Notes under the pieces: model-generated | The model's database searches: none | What the model was told of the DNA's origin: nothing | Seen by the model: only the letters and a program-made list of their open reading frames with translations | Part shown: piece after piece, positions 37,871 through 49,909 of the stretch | How positions within the stretch are numbered: position 1 is the stretch's first letter | Layout of the letters: every line of letters begins with the position of its first letter | From: Lama glama | Lineage: Eukaryota | Assembly (NCBI GenBank): GCA_028534125.1 | Contig: CM052818.1 | Span: 39,434,001-39,494,000, forward strand | Length of the DNA stretch: 60,000 nt | Direction: 5' to 3' | Program-made: the position numbers and the translations under genes

Positions 37871-38099
37871 TCCGGCATGCTATCCCTCTCCCCTCTGGCT
37901 AGAGGCCCTCCCTACCAATGGCAGTTGTTGTGAAGATTTCAGTATTGACGTTCATGTATGCTACTCCCTACTGCTGTAGCCGCAGCTCCTGTACTGCTGC
38001 AACTTTCTGCTGCTCTTACCTTCCCCTGGTTGGGCTGGGACCTCTTGGAGGGCAGGGATCAGGGGATTAATCATTCTTTCCCATTCCTTCCTTCTGCTG

Positions 38100-38345
38100 A
38101 GATAGCATGGTTGCAAACATGGGCTTTGGAGCCAGATGGCTTTAGTTCACATCTTGGCTCTGTCTCTTGCTAGCTGTGCAGCCTTGGGAAGGTTACATAA
38201 TCTCTCTGTGCCTCAGTTTCCTCCCTGAAAATGGTGGTAATGATGACATGCCTACCTTACAGGCTCGTTGTGAGGATGGAGTGAGTTATCGCACATTATG
38301 CGCTTAGAACAATGACTGGGGCACAGCAAGAGCTCCATGTGATGC
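38100..38345 (+). mobile_element. Near full-length MIR
   Basis: gggctttggagccagatggc..ctagctgtgcagccttgggaaggttacataatctctctgtgcctcagtttcctc..gttgtgaggat..gcgcttagaacaatgactggg. Confidence 0.88.
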
Positions 38346-39039
38346 TCCTTTCATTTTCCTTCCTTCTCCCCGCCGTAACACCTTGTCTCAGCAGGCTCTC
38401 GTAACTTCTTATTGGAGAGAAGCATCAAGCGTAGGGAGTGATGTGCCCAAGGCGCTTATCTGGGGACCTGGGAACACAGAGGTGTGAGGACAACAGCTCT
38501 TTCAGAAACCACCGCTGAGAAGCCAGTGCATGCTTTGGGTAAGCAGCTCTGAGCTTGGCCATGACAGAGAATCCAAGGCCATTTACTGGAGACTCTGAGG
38601 TAGAGCACTGGGTGCATCCTGGGAATCAGATTAGGGAAGCCCCATCCTGAACTGGATAAGGAAGAGAAATGGCACTGGGAGGAGCTGGGGAGAGGTGGAG
38701 ATGCACCGGTGTAAGCAGAGCGAGGGCAGGAGAAGACAGGCAACTAAGTGAGGAGGTCAGGGAGGGGCAGCCTGTTGCTGGGATGGGGAGGATCAGAGGG
38801 AAGACCAAGAGGTGTTTCTTGAAGGATTCAGAGCTGCAGCAATATTCTACCCACAGATGGTAAAGCAGGCCAGGCACAGATGTGGGCAAAAGGCCCCGAA
38901 ATCCAGACTGCATGGTGAGGGTATGCCAGGACCACAGTCTCCCCCATCCCCTCAGGGGAGATGAGCTTGTCTCTCTGAACCACTTCTGGTACTTCAAAGC
39001 TCTCTTGCCTCAGTGGCAGGTCCTGCCACAGGGCCAGAC

Positions 39040-39250
39040 ATTAAACGGATGGACCTGGGCTCTAAATTGTAGCTCTTTCACCCTAGCAGTGTGATCACAG
39101 GGTCTTAGACAAGTACTCTCCTTTCTTTGATCCTCAGTTTCTTCTTCTGTGAAATGGGGGCAACAACACATACTTCATAGGGTTTTATGAGGATTTAATT
39201 ACATGGTATTTGTAAAGGGATTTTTGCACAGAAGACAATAAACAGGCATT
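39040..39250 (+). mobile_element. MIR
   Basis: cctcagtttcttcttctgtgaaatggggg..tacttcatagggttttatgaggattt. Confidence 0.75.
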
Positions 39251-39262
39251 TTTATCCACTAA

Positions 39263-39437
39263 CACTGGTTCTCAATGTGTGGTCCCCAAGCTGGCAGCAC
39301 CAGCATCATGTGGGAACCTGTCTGATGTGCAGATAGTCAGGCTCCAATCCCCAACCTCCTGAATCTAAAATCAGGGGTGAGGCCTGCTCCCTGGACTCTG
39401 GTGAGCCCTCCAGGTGATTCAAGGCCAAGGACCACTG
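39263..39437. mobile_element. MER5A (hAT-Charlie) element
   Basis: cactggttctcaatgtgtggtcccc..cagcatca..gagccctccaggtgattc..accactg, with degenerate terminal inverted repeats. Confidence 0.82.
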
Positions 39438-40829
39438 ATCTGATACAGGCCCAGGGAGAGAGCGCGTGGGAGGCTGCTTAGCGAAGGGGCTGCACACAGT
39501 AGGCGCTCAGTATCTGACAGCTCCCCCTCTTCCCTCCTACCTAGGCAAGAGTTCTACCCGAGGAGGTTAACGCTACCGCAGACCTCCGGGAGGTGAAAGG
39601 GCCTTGTTCCCCTGGAGGATAGACACATTATGACGGCTTCATCTGATTAAAAGGGGATGTTGATCATTAGTTATGACCCAAATTTCTTCTCTTCCCAGCA
39701 ATCACTCAAAGTGTTCCCAGATGCGCAGGGGGCTGTTGGTTACCTGTGAACACAACATCCCTTTATAACGAGGACGCTCAGCCTCACGGAGACTTTCAGA
39801 GAAGCTGAGCGGTCTCCCCACCCCCTCGGGCTTGCCCTGCGTTTGATGGAGTGAATGATGGAAGGGAAACATATGCATTCCAGATTGGACCCACAGAGCT
39901 GGGCTCCGAGACGCGGCCTGCTTCCAGCGGCAGTGAGGGGAGGGGGGAGCTGTGCAAGTATTTGTTGTTCCCGTGGGGCTAATTATGGACTTTTAGAGGC
40001 AAGTAGCCGCCCCAATTTCGGTTAGCACTGTTGTTGGTTACTGCATAATTATGAGGAAGGGGGAGCAGCCTTGGTGGGGAGCGAGGCAAAGGGAAGGCCA
40101 GATGCAAATAGCTTGAATACCTCTGAGGAACATCGGGCAACAGTGGCCAAGGTCAAACCTTCAGCTCTGGACACAAAGGACACAGGCAAGAGGCTGGCAG
40201 GGGGGAAGGCCTGGAGATGGAGGAAGTGGTCCTGCCTGAGGCAAGTGTGGGTAGCTTTAAAGGATTCCTACCCCACTTGCCCTAGGGCGGGTTTAGTTTT
40301 GGAAAAGAATGAGCTTTGCTCCCCAGCTCAGGCTACAGACTGGAATCTTCCATCTGCCCCTGTACAGGATGGGCCTCCCATGGCCTCTGATGATCTGATG
40401 ATGTTTCAGGGAAATTCACTGCTGCTGGGAGGTGGCGGAGCGTGGGAGGTGAGGCAGGGCTTGCCTGGTGGGGGTCAGGGCGCTAGGGCGCTAAGGGTTT
40501 AAGGACTCTCTGCTGGACCAGCTGCGAGGTGGGATTCAGGAGGCCGGCAAACAGCTCTCTTGAAGGCTGTGGTCACAACAGCTCTTTCCTGCTGGGAGCA
40601 AATGTGTCCTAAGTCTTTTGTGCCGCCTGCTGGAGCCAAGACAGTCAGGCTCCTGAACTGTGGGGTGAGGGCCTGAGAGCTGGAGAGGGAGCCCTAGGGG
40701 ACGGATGAACAGGTAAAGGAGGAGACGGGAGGGGCAAGGGGAACATTATCCTTGTGAGCTGCTGCCTGGTGTGGGGCTCAGAAGATTCCAGAAATCTATG
40801 GTTTGAAGAATGCTTGAAAACAGGACAGG

Positions 40830-40960
40830 GGAATGCAGAGCCCTGGCCTGGGAGTCAGAAGCCCTGGGTTCTAACCCAGCCCTGCCATTTACTGGCTGTG
40901 TGACCTTGAAGAAGTTCCTGCCATTTCTGGGCCTTGTGGCCTCATCTGTAGAACCAAGGA
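40830..40960 (+). mobile_element. MIR 5' part
   Basis: gggagtcagaagccctgggttctaacccagccctgccatttactggctgtgtgaccttga. Confidence 0.85.
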
Positions 40961-41090
40961 GGGGCATGAGTGTTCTCAGGGACCCATTGCAAAAGGCTGG
41001 CTCCTGGCCTACACCACTGCAGTAGAGAGAGTGGAACTGGTGTCTTTTTTCTCTTTGACCATAATGCTCCCCTCTCCCCTGGCTTCACAG

Positions 41091-41096
41091 GTGGAG
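41091..41096 (+). other. Candidate 6-nt microexon GTGGAG
   Basis: Branch-like ttgac, pyrimidine tract, then cacag|GTGGAG|gtaagt; frame-preserving. Confidence 0.4.
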
Positions 41097-41324
41097 GTAA
41101 GTTTGAAACGAGAGACATAGGAAGACATGGGTGTAAAGCTGAATGGTTAGGGCTGGGGCCATGCAGGCTTACTGGCTTCCAGCAGTAAGACTCCAGGGGG
41201 AGGGAGAGGACAGGCCCCTCAAAAGAAATTCATGCAGGTTTTGCTTCATGCAGAGAAACCCTTCCTCATCTTCCATAATCTGCTCAAGGAGGAAGGTGGG
41301 CATTTCCTTCATAGAAAGGAAAGG

Positions 41325-41803
41325 TGTATTAGTTTCCTGTTGCTGCTGTGACAAATAACCACCAACTTAGTGGCTGAAAATAACACAGATTTTGTTACCT
41401 TACAATTGTGGAGGATGGAAGTCCAAGATGAGTCTTACTGGCTAAAATCAAGGGGTTGGCAGGGCTGTGTTCCTTTGGGAGACCCCAGGGGAGGATCCGT
41501 TTCCTTGCCTTCTTTGGTTTGTAGAGGCTGCCCAGGTCCTTTGGCTCATCCTGGCAGTGGCCAAGGGAGGCGTCACACAGTGTCACTCTGACACTGACTC
41601 TTCTGCCTCCCTGTTCCATGTTCAAGGATGCTTGTGATCACATTGGGCCCACCGGATAATCCAGCCTACTCTCCCTGTTTTAAGGTCAGTTGATTAATCT
41701 ATCTGCTACCTCAGTGCCTCTTTGCCACACAGTGTAACATGGGAACAGTTTCCAGGAATTGGGATGTGGGCATCGTCAGGAAGCTATTATTTTGTCTACC
41801 ACA
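41325..41803 (-). mobile_element. MaLR solo LTR (MLT1D-like)
   Basis: tgtattagtttcctgttgctgctgtgacaaataaccacc..ggctaaaatcaagg..cacattgggcccaccggataatccag..tctaccaca. Confidence 0.9.
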
Positions 41804-43189
41804 GATACCAATTTGCAAAGAGCAATGCCGGGCCCCTGCAAAAGTGGCTTCATTCCCCCAAGTTGGTTCCTGGCAATCTTCTGAGTTGAGGGCACCCTCC
41901 TCACCCAGACGCGGGCCAGGTGCCTTCCCCAGGATCTCTCCCTCCCATAAGAAGGCCTCCCACTGCACTGTTGAACTTCCCACGTTTTTGTGGGGGCCCA
42001 GACTTGCTGATGCCTGGAAAGCAAACTTTCCCAGGCTGAAGGAGAGCTTTCATTCATCCATTACCTTTTTTTTTTTTTTGTCCAGAAGTGGGAATGAGAA
42101 AGCAGTGGTGAGGAGGTCCAAACTGCAGGTGAACCTGTTCATTCATTCCACAAAGACAGGCTCATTAATGGACCCGTTGATGTCTGTTCACTCTTTGCCT
42201 GCTGAGTGAAGCTTAACTCCCTTTAAAGCATCAACATCTCAAAACAAGGGGCTATGATTTGCTTACCAGGGATTTTTCCGCAGCAAAATTTGTTGTCTGA
42301 GAGATATCATAAACGGTTTCCCAGATTCTGGACCTCTCTTGCCTCTCAAGCCTCTTTTCTAGTCCTTTCCATAAGAATGTCCCTTTCGGTTTTTGTTTGC
42401 TTGCTTTTTCTTCTGCACGGCTTGTTATTTTTGGAGCTTCGTGGTACAATCGGAGCTTCATATAAATAGGAGCTTCAACGGGTTTGTGTAGTAATTCGGC
42501 TTCCTCTTTCTCTTTCTTTTTAACTCTTTTCTCTTTGACTAATGAAAGTATCGGATATTCCTAAGGGGTTGGTGGCTTCTTCCTCTCAAGTCCCAGAAGC
42601 CCTGAGCCAGTAAGAGTGGGAGGAATGTCACCCACCAGTGACGTGGGAGGAGGTGCTGACCAAGTGTCCCCATCGAGGCTGGGCTCTGTCTCACAAGTCT
42701 GGTTTTCTTTTCCACTGGCTTTACACAGTGCTTTTAGTAAAAGGGTCAAACATCCTCCACAGAACTCTTGGCTGTAGGTGGAAGCCTGTCTTTCTTTTGT
42801 ATAGCTAGATTAATTTGAGAGTTCCTTTTAACCTAAATAAAACATACTACATGTCATCTTGCAGCGGGGGAAAATACTTCTTTCTAGGAGAAGAAACGAA
42901 ACAGTATGATTGTGGGAGACAGTGGGGCAGACTCTTGACCTGACCCCACGGGTCTCGGAGCTTTGAACTTGAATCTTCTGATCTGTTTGCCAGTGTGGGT
43001 TGTGTCCGTGGTGTGGTTGTGGGACCAAGGATGTCCCAGTGCCCTTAGCGTCCCTGGCTTTCTCTCCACTATCCCAGAGACAAACTTGATGAATGCAATG
43101 CTCTTTTCTCTAACAGTTCTGCAGTTTTGCTCCTGCTAAGTCTCAAACTGGGCCTATTTTTAAGTCAGAAGTTCAGTTCTATTGGACAG

Positions 43190-43702
43190 CAGCCCTGTCC
43201 AATAGAAATATAATGTGAGCCACATATATAATTAAAATTTTTCTAGTAGCCCCATCAAAAAGTAAAAAGAAGCAGGTGAAATTAATTTTAATAATATATT
43301 TTATTTAACCCAGTATATCCAAAATATTATCATGTCGACATGTAATCCGTATAAAAACATTAACTAGTTATTTTACATCCTTTTTTTTTTTTGTACTCAG
43401 CCTTCAAAATCCAGTCTGTATTTTACACTTAGAGCACTTTTCAATTCAGATACAAAGTTTTTCTTGGCAATGTCTGATCTGTATTTAAAGTTCATAAAAT
43501 TGAGCGTTGAAAAAGTAGATTTACATACCCAGATTGTTCCAAATATAATTAAAAGTTTTCTGATAACTAACTTAAGTATCAATTTTTAAATCTTGATTTT
43601 TAAAAATAAAATAAAATTCGAAGTCTAGCTCCTCAGTCACAGCAGCCACGATTCAGGGGCTTCCTAGCCGCACGTGGCTGGTGACTGGACTGGATGGTGC
43701 AG
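43190..43702 (-). mobile_element. Charlie1-family hAT transposon deletion derivative retaining transposase C-terminal coding sequence
   Basis: MER33/Charlie1-type terminus cagccctgtccaatagaaatataatgtgagccacat; ORF 43397..43582(-) FGTIWVCKSTFSTLNFMNFKYRS..SELKSAL resembles the hAT dimerisation-domain motif. Confidence 0.88.
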
Positions 43703-43989
43703 GTCAGGGGTGGCACTCAACAGGCACCAAACAAAGATATGATTTGGGGCCAGAAGGGGCAGGCTGAGGGCAGGGGCGCACAGAGCCCTACCCCGCTCCT
43801 TGGTGTCGCTGCAGCAGTGACTCTGGGTTTGTGCCTTACTGTCCAGTGCTCTGTGTGCCGTGGGCAGGCCAGAGTCCTGTTCCTGGGGCCTTCATTCTCT
43901 TTAGTGCAATCATTAATTCACACATTCAATACAATTAGATGCTGGTACTGGATATGGTACTGGGTTAAACTGAAGAGTCCATTCACTGA

Positions 43990-44220
43990 AACACCAGAAG
44001 GGATTAACAACAGGTAAGCAAACAAAGAAGCAAGATCATTTCAGATAGTGATGATTGCAGCAAGGAAAACAGGAGATGCTAAGTAGAGACAGCCCAGTGG
44101 TTGGGCAGGTGGACTAGACGCGTCTAGAGGATGGCCAGGGAGGCCTCTCTGAGGATGAGTGACTAGAACAGAGACTGAGGGTCAGTGAAGATCTGAGGGC
44201 ATGACCACACTAGTCGGGGA
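43990..44220 (-). mobile_element. L2 fragment
   Basis: caagatcatttcagatagtgatg..ggccagggaggcctctctgaggatgagtgac. Confidence 0.65.
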
Positions 44221-45451
44221 GAGGGTTCAGTACCCAGGCCTGGGGGGCACAGAGGGAGTGTCCAGAACCCAGGCAGGAAGCTGCTGTCTGAGTCCATGAC
44301 TCAGGTGCCCAGGGAGCAGGTGCAGGTGTGACAGACAGGCTGGTGGGGCAGGAGGACCGGCTCGCCTGGGCCTCAAGGCCCAGCCTCTGCCCCAGAGCCC
44401 AACAATTCCTCCCACAGCACTTGTTTGTTGATGGGTTATCATGGCAACAGGGGAAGCACAGGAAAAGTTAATTATCAGCACAGAATAAAACGGAACAATT
44501 TGGACTTTGGCTTAAAATTAATTAAAATTCTGTCTGTAGTGTTTCTTCCAGGTCCTGGCTGTTTTCTTCAGCCTCAGGCTATCTCTGTGTCTCCTGCCTC
44601 AGAGAATAAGGCGATTTAAAAATAAGCTTGCCCCCGAGATTTAGAAAAACTTGTGATTTCCTTTTCCCACATAGAATGCATGTGGAGGGAAGACCTGTTC
44701 TCCTGGGAGTTGGGAATTTAGAGGGTCTTGCAATTCAGCGGCTGCTCAAGGAGGTGGGGTGGGGGGAGTCGGGAGGTGGGAAGCTGTGAAGAGAACATAT
44801 TGTCATCATCACTTTGTTTTTAAAACCCCAGTTGACCGTTTGGTATTCAGCGTTACCAGCTGAATGCTCAGAACATCCCAGAGATTAGGAAGGAGGCCCG
44901 GGGAAGAGTTTTTTCCAAGATGCTAATTATTAGTGTGTGCGACACTCGGAGCTTTGATTAGGCTCCCAGCCAAGCATGGAACTCGGACGGGAAGGCTCAG
45001 TCCAGCCCTGGAGCTCGCCCCGCCTCTGGGGCTTGGGAGGAAGCTGAATGTGGCCCACACGGGTTCGGAAAATGAAATGCTGGTCTGAGGAGCAGAGACG
45101 TAGAGACTCCATCTCATAAGGGTGGGATGTAGCCGGTCCATTTGTTTATTTATTCACTTGTTATTCGGGAAGGAGTAATGTGACAAGTCTTACAGAAGCA
45201 TCAAGTGAAATGAAGACAGTGAAGTCCTGGTTGGGTGGCCCAACAGGAGCAGGCTTAGTGGAGGGGAAGGCCCAGGAGGCACGTGGCCCCCAGGGTGGCA
45301 GAGCTGGTCAGAGCTGGGTCTCTTCTCTCCGGTGCCTCTCTCAAGCTCTGATACAAGCTGTTTAAGACAGTTAAACACCAAGAGGAAATTATTGGCCAAA
45401 TAAAAGCAGCAGAAAACACTTAATGTGAAATGGTATTATCAGTGACTTTTA

Positions 45452-45832
45452 TCTTTTAAAAAATTTAATAGTTTTATTGAGATATAATTCATATACCATA
45501 CAAGTCATCTGTCTAAATTGTTTACTACCATATTTTTTAGTGTAGTCACAGGGTTATGCAACCATAATCTAATTTTAGGACATTGTCACCCTCTCCAAAT
45601 GAAACCCTGTATCTATTAACAGTTACTCTCCGTTCTCTCCACCCCAAACCCCAGCTCTCGACAACCACTAATTTACTTTCTGTCTCAACAGATTTTACTG
45701 TTCTGGACATTTCATATAAATGGAATCATGTAATGTGAGGTCTTTTGTTACTGGCTTACTTACCATGTTTTCAAGATCCATCCACATTATAGCATATATC
45801 AGTACTTTGTTTAATTTTTTATAACCAAATAG
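45452..45832 (-). mobile_element. 5'-truncated L1 3' end (L1MB-like) with intact TSD
   Basis: ttttattgagatataattcatataccata..ctggacatttcatataaatggaatcat; perfect 13-bp TSD tcagtgactttta at 45439-45451 and 45833-45845. Confidence 0.93.
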
Positions 45833-48199
45833 TCAGTGACTTTTAATTCCGAAGTTTGGGACACTGGGAGTTTGGGAATAATACCACTGGGTGCCAATTT
45901 GGGGTAGTGTTTTTGGGTTTGGGGCCCAGTCTTGTCCTGTCTTGAAGAACTGTATTGCTAATTTCATGTCTAAGTAGGGGGCCAATAGAAGGAGGCATTA
46001 GGGTTTTCAAGAAATCCTTAAAATTCTGCTGTCCTATCATTTCTCAATTAGAGCTAGCTTGCACTGGATCTCTGTGACTTGCCTACAAAATGCCAGAGAC
46101 TGTCCTTGGGACAGAGACCCACTCTGTCCCCCATTCCAGCCTCCACTTCCAGATCACACTGGACATCCCATGGGTAAAGAGATTGTCCCGACTTTTCTTT
46201 TGTCTACTTTATGGTCCTCTTTGACATTATTCTGGAGTTTTCCACTTCCTAATGAATAAAATCTGCTTTCTGAGAATCTGAGAAGCCACTCACTCTTTTA
46301 GGAAAAGCGTAAGTTGTCTTGCCTCTTTCCCGGCAGCAGGAAGCCACAGTCCTCTTTGGGGAATTCTCCATCATCAATGCTGGTGGGTGTGGCGGAGTCT
46401 TGTAGCCTCTCTTGTGCTTCAGAAATCACATCAGTGTCCCAGCAGGCAGCATATCTGAGGCCCGGTTTGCACAGACACCAGCCCTCCCTTCCTCCCCTGC
46501 AGTGAGAAGGTGCCCCGCCCTGGAGCATCCCCCGTGGTGCTCCTGCTGCTTCTTCCCGAGGGGTGTGGTCCTCCATTCCCAGGAACCTGCTCTCCAGTCA
46601 CCCCGGAGGGAGGCTCCAGAGAAAGGAACAGCCTTCTGAGACTAACCAGACTCACCTTCTACCCTTCCCCTGATGATGCCAGGACAGGGCAGCTCCGGGG
46701 TCCTTCACAAGCCTGTGGGTAATCCACAGCCATGCAAATGCCCACCCGTGGGAGTGGGTGATAGTGTATTTGCAGATGAGTACTTTCTCTACATGATTTT
46801 TTACTTTTTAAAAATTTAGCTCTCTAAGGCAGAAGTGCTTGGAGAGTGATTGTGACCATTGTGCCCTAGGGCCTGGCTGCTGGGGTGGGGGTAATCATTA
46901 TACTCCCATCTCCAGCAGCTGGAGAAATCAGAAAGGGATTATGGCAGAGCCAGAAGAGTAGCAGAATGTTTCTCAGACTCTGCACAGCCTGAGAGTCCTT
47001 TCGAAAGGTCCAGCCCCTCCATGTGGGCTTCCCTGGGAGACGGTGGCTATCTGGGGGGTGGGGGCTGTGGGGAAGAAATGAAGCCTGGCGAGCTTCCCCC
47101 ACCCATGACCGAACTCTCCCCCTGTTTGAGCGGAGAGTTCTCCTGGAGCAAGAGAGATTGTATTTCTTTGAACCAAGGAAGCTTGGGGGACCGTGAGGCT
47201 CACTCAGTGCTGTGTCTATGGTGAGCCGAGTCCTAGGATCAGATTGGAGGGGGGCTGCCCTCCAAACGAGCGTGCACCCTGCGCCTGCCAAAGATTGGCT
47301 GGCCCTAGCCTGGTAGCCATCACTAACTCTGCCATCCCAGTGCCTGGCTTAGTGTTAGCTTTTCCAAGGAAGCTTTAAAGGGGGAAGGGGAATTGACAGA
47401 GCCCTGGCAGAAGGGGAGTTCAGCCCCCGCAGGTGGGCAGGAGTCCCTGTAGAAGTTTCCTTGCTCTGCTGTTACAGGAGAGACACCATTGTCCTGTCTG
47501 TGCGCCCATCTGCATTAACCTCTTTTAAAGGAGCTGGAAAGTCATAATGTGTTTTAAAAAGTTTTAAAAGCCAATGGGATTCAGTGAAAAGAACTCTTCC
47601 AAATGTGGTGAGAGGTTGTCTGTCTTGCCGAATGGATGTTTACATCTTGTGGTGTGAACAAGAAATGCCATCACAAATGCCCAAACTACTTCCTTGTCTG
47701 GTGGGTACCTCAATTTTCTGCCAACCAAGGTACTGGATGTAATCCTTTGAGCCTGTCTTGTGTTTGACCTCAGAATCCCCCCTCTTCCCTGTCAGGCTCT
47801 GCCAGCATCCTGAACTTCCCCACGTTTCCCTCCCACGAAGTTCCAGCTTGGCTCACTGGGTTGCTGGCATTCAGATGGCACGTGGGTGTGAACTGGGCGA
47901 GGTCGTGGGGGAGAGAGGGTGGGTCTGAGACTTGGGATCCACGGTCCCCGGCCCCAGGCCTGGCCCACGGAGGGTGTTCAGAATACACACTTGCTCCAGT
48001 AGGTGAAATAGACTTCGGAAGCCCAACTGGGACATACAGAGTCCCCCTGACCTGCACCTGGTTCCCAGGGAGGCTGTGCAGTAAATCAGGGAATGGTCAC
48101 TGGGCGTAAGATGCCCGTCAGGACATTTGTGGTGCAGGAAGGAGACAGGGCGAGGGGGTTGAAGGAGGTGCCAGTGGAGCAAAGAGGGGAGCCCAGGGC

Positions 48200-48400
48200 C
48201 ACGAGAAGGATTAAATGAGAGAACAGAACAACACCTGGACCGTAGTAACGACTGTGAGAGTGTTGGTTAAGTAAATAAAACCTGGACTAAGACAGAATTG
48301 GGTTTAAGTGTGAACTCCATTCTTATCAGTGGTGGACCTGGTACATCGCTTAACCTTTCTGCACCTTAAATTTGCCATCTACATGGTGGGATTAATCATC
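48200..48400 (+). mobile_element. MIR fragments
   Basis: aggattaaatgagagaac.. and cttaacctttctgcaccttaaatttgccatctacatggtgggatt. Confidence 0.55.
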
Positions 48401-49499
48401 ATGACCCTCCCGACCCCAAAAGTCGGGTGCTGAGCTCAACATGAGCTCGTGAACACTTGTGACTCTTAAATGCTGTGCATGTTGAAGGACAGTAAACAGA
48501 TTCTTTTTTTTGATGATTGTCGATAAAAACATATGGGTGGCCCACTCAGCTGTGGGTCTCACTGCTGAGTTTTCTTGGCATCAGTTTCTTCCCATTCCAT
48601 CATCTCTTCTCATCCCTGACTTTTTCCCTTCTGTGTTTCTCCCAAGAGTTAGAATTACAGTGATTTGCTCTCCCTTCTTCAGGCCCTTCCAGAGGGTCGC
48701 TGTGGGAGGAGAGCATCATGGGGCAAAGGCAGGGAGGAGAAGGCGGTGGCAGGAGTATCAGTCCCTTCCGCACAGAGAGATGTCTCACGCTGCAGTGGAC
48801 GGTGATGCTGGTGTCTTGACACGTTAGGTGGTTTTGATTCTGAAAGGTGCACATCAGAGCAGTGGGGCAAGTTTGGATAAATCAGAACCTGCCTGAATCT
48901 AGACTCTTCCTTAAACTGAACAACAGGGCATCTCTTTTGTCACTTCAGGTTTCAGGTCTACTGTCTCATGAGGGCCGGAGCGTCCAGGCTAGAGCAAAGC
49001 CACTTGCATTCTCCTTCTCTTCGGGCGACAGGTCTCCTCAGAGGGCAGTGCGAGTGGGAGAGGTTTTGTGTCAGTGCAGGCGGAGATGCACTTCCTTCTG
49101 GGGGTGATGGGGCAACACTATCACATCTGTGACTTCAGAGCAGGAACCATTTGGAAAGCTGTAAACTCTGCATATCTCCTTCCCTGCCTCCTCCTCTCCC
49201 AGGGGAGTTGTGTAAATTTGTTCCGTGACCTACCATTCACTGCAATTTGTAGGGAGGGCATTGGACATGCCACTGGGCTTGAAAATCAGCTGCAGATTTG
49301 TACCTACAGATCTAACAGGGTCCGTGAGTTCCAGGCAGAGCAAATGCTTTGGTTATGCTTGCTGACTAGCAGACTCCAGACAGGACCCACTCCAGAATTT
49401 TTTACCTGCAGATTTTTTTCTGGAAACCACTTTTCTCAGGAGATCCTGGCCTCCTTGTTCCCCATAGAATAGCCCTGATCAGATTTGCCGACTCATTGC

Positions 49500-49790
49500 A
49501 CAAATACAAATTGAGCTCCTACTACATGTCATGCCCTGGGACCACAGACATGACTGGGCCTTGGTTTGAACAGCCAGAAATTCATCCTCCAGCAAGAGAG
49601 ACTAATAAGTAGACACGTCATTTTGATATAGGTGACTTTGCAGGCTAGAGGCAGGTCCAGGAATGTGGCAGGAGAGGGGAAGTATACTTCTCTGGGTGCA
49701 AGGTGGTCTTGGAAGGCTTCCTGGAGGAGGCAGAGGAGGAACTCATGAGTGAAAGGTGAACCGGCATCAACAGGAAAAGGCAGCAGCACG
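49500..49790 (-). mobile_element. L2 3' end
   Basis: caaatacaaattgagctcctactacatgtcatgccctggg..ggaaggcttcctggaggagg. Confidence 0.7.
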
Positions 49791-49800
49791 GGGTAGTGGC

Positions 49801-49908
49801 AGGGCAGTCAGCTATTCCTGTCTGCTGGGGAATGAGGGTTTCCTAAGACGTGGGACTTCAGTGCTAAATGAAGACAGTTCTGAGCAAACGGGGATGGGTG
49901 GGCACCAT
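49801..49908. mobile_element. MER94-like hAT-Blackjack element
   Basis: gagggtttcctaagacgtgggacttcagtgctaaa..gcaaacggggatgggtgggcacc matches the recalled MER94 consensus. Confidence 0.7.
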
Positions 49909-49909
49909 A

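Noticed and set aside
42378..42469. Signal-peptide-like small ORF MSLSVFVCLLFLLHGLLFLEL..
   Set aside because: Hydrophobicity follows from the T-rich strand; it stops after 30 codons with no splice donor.
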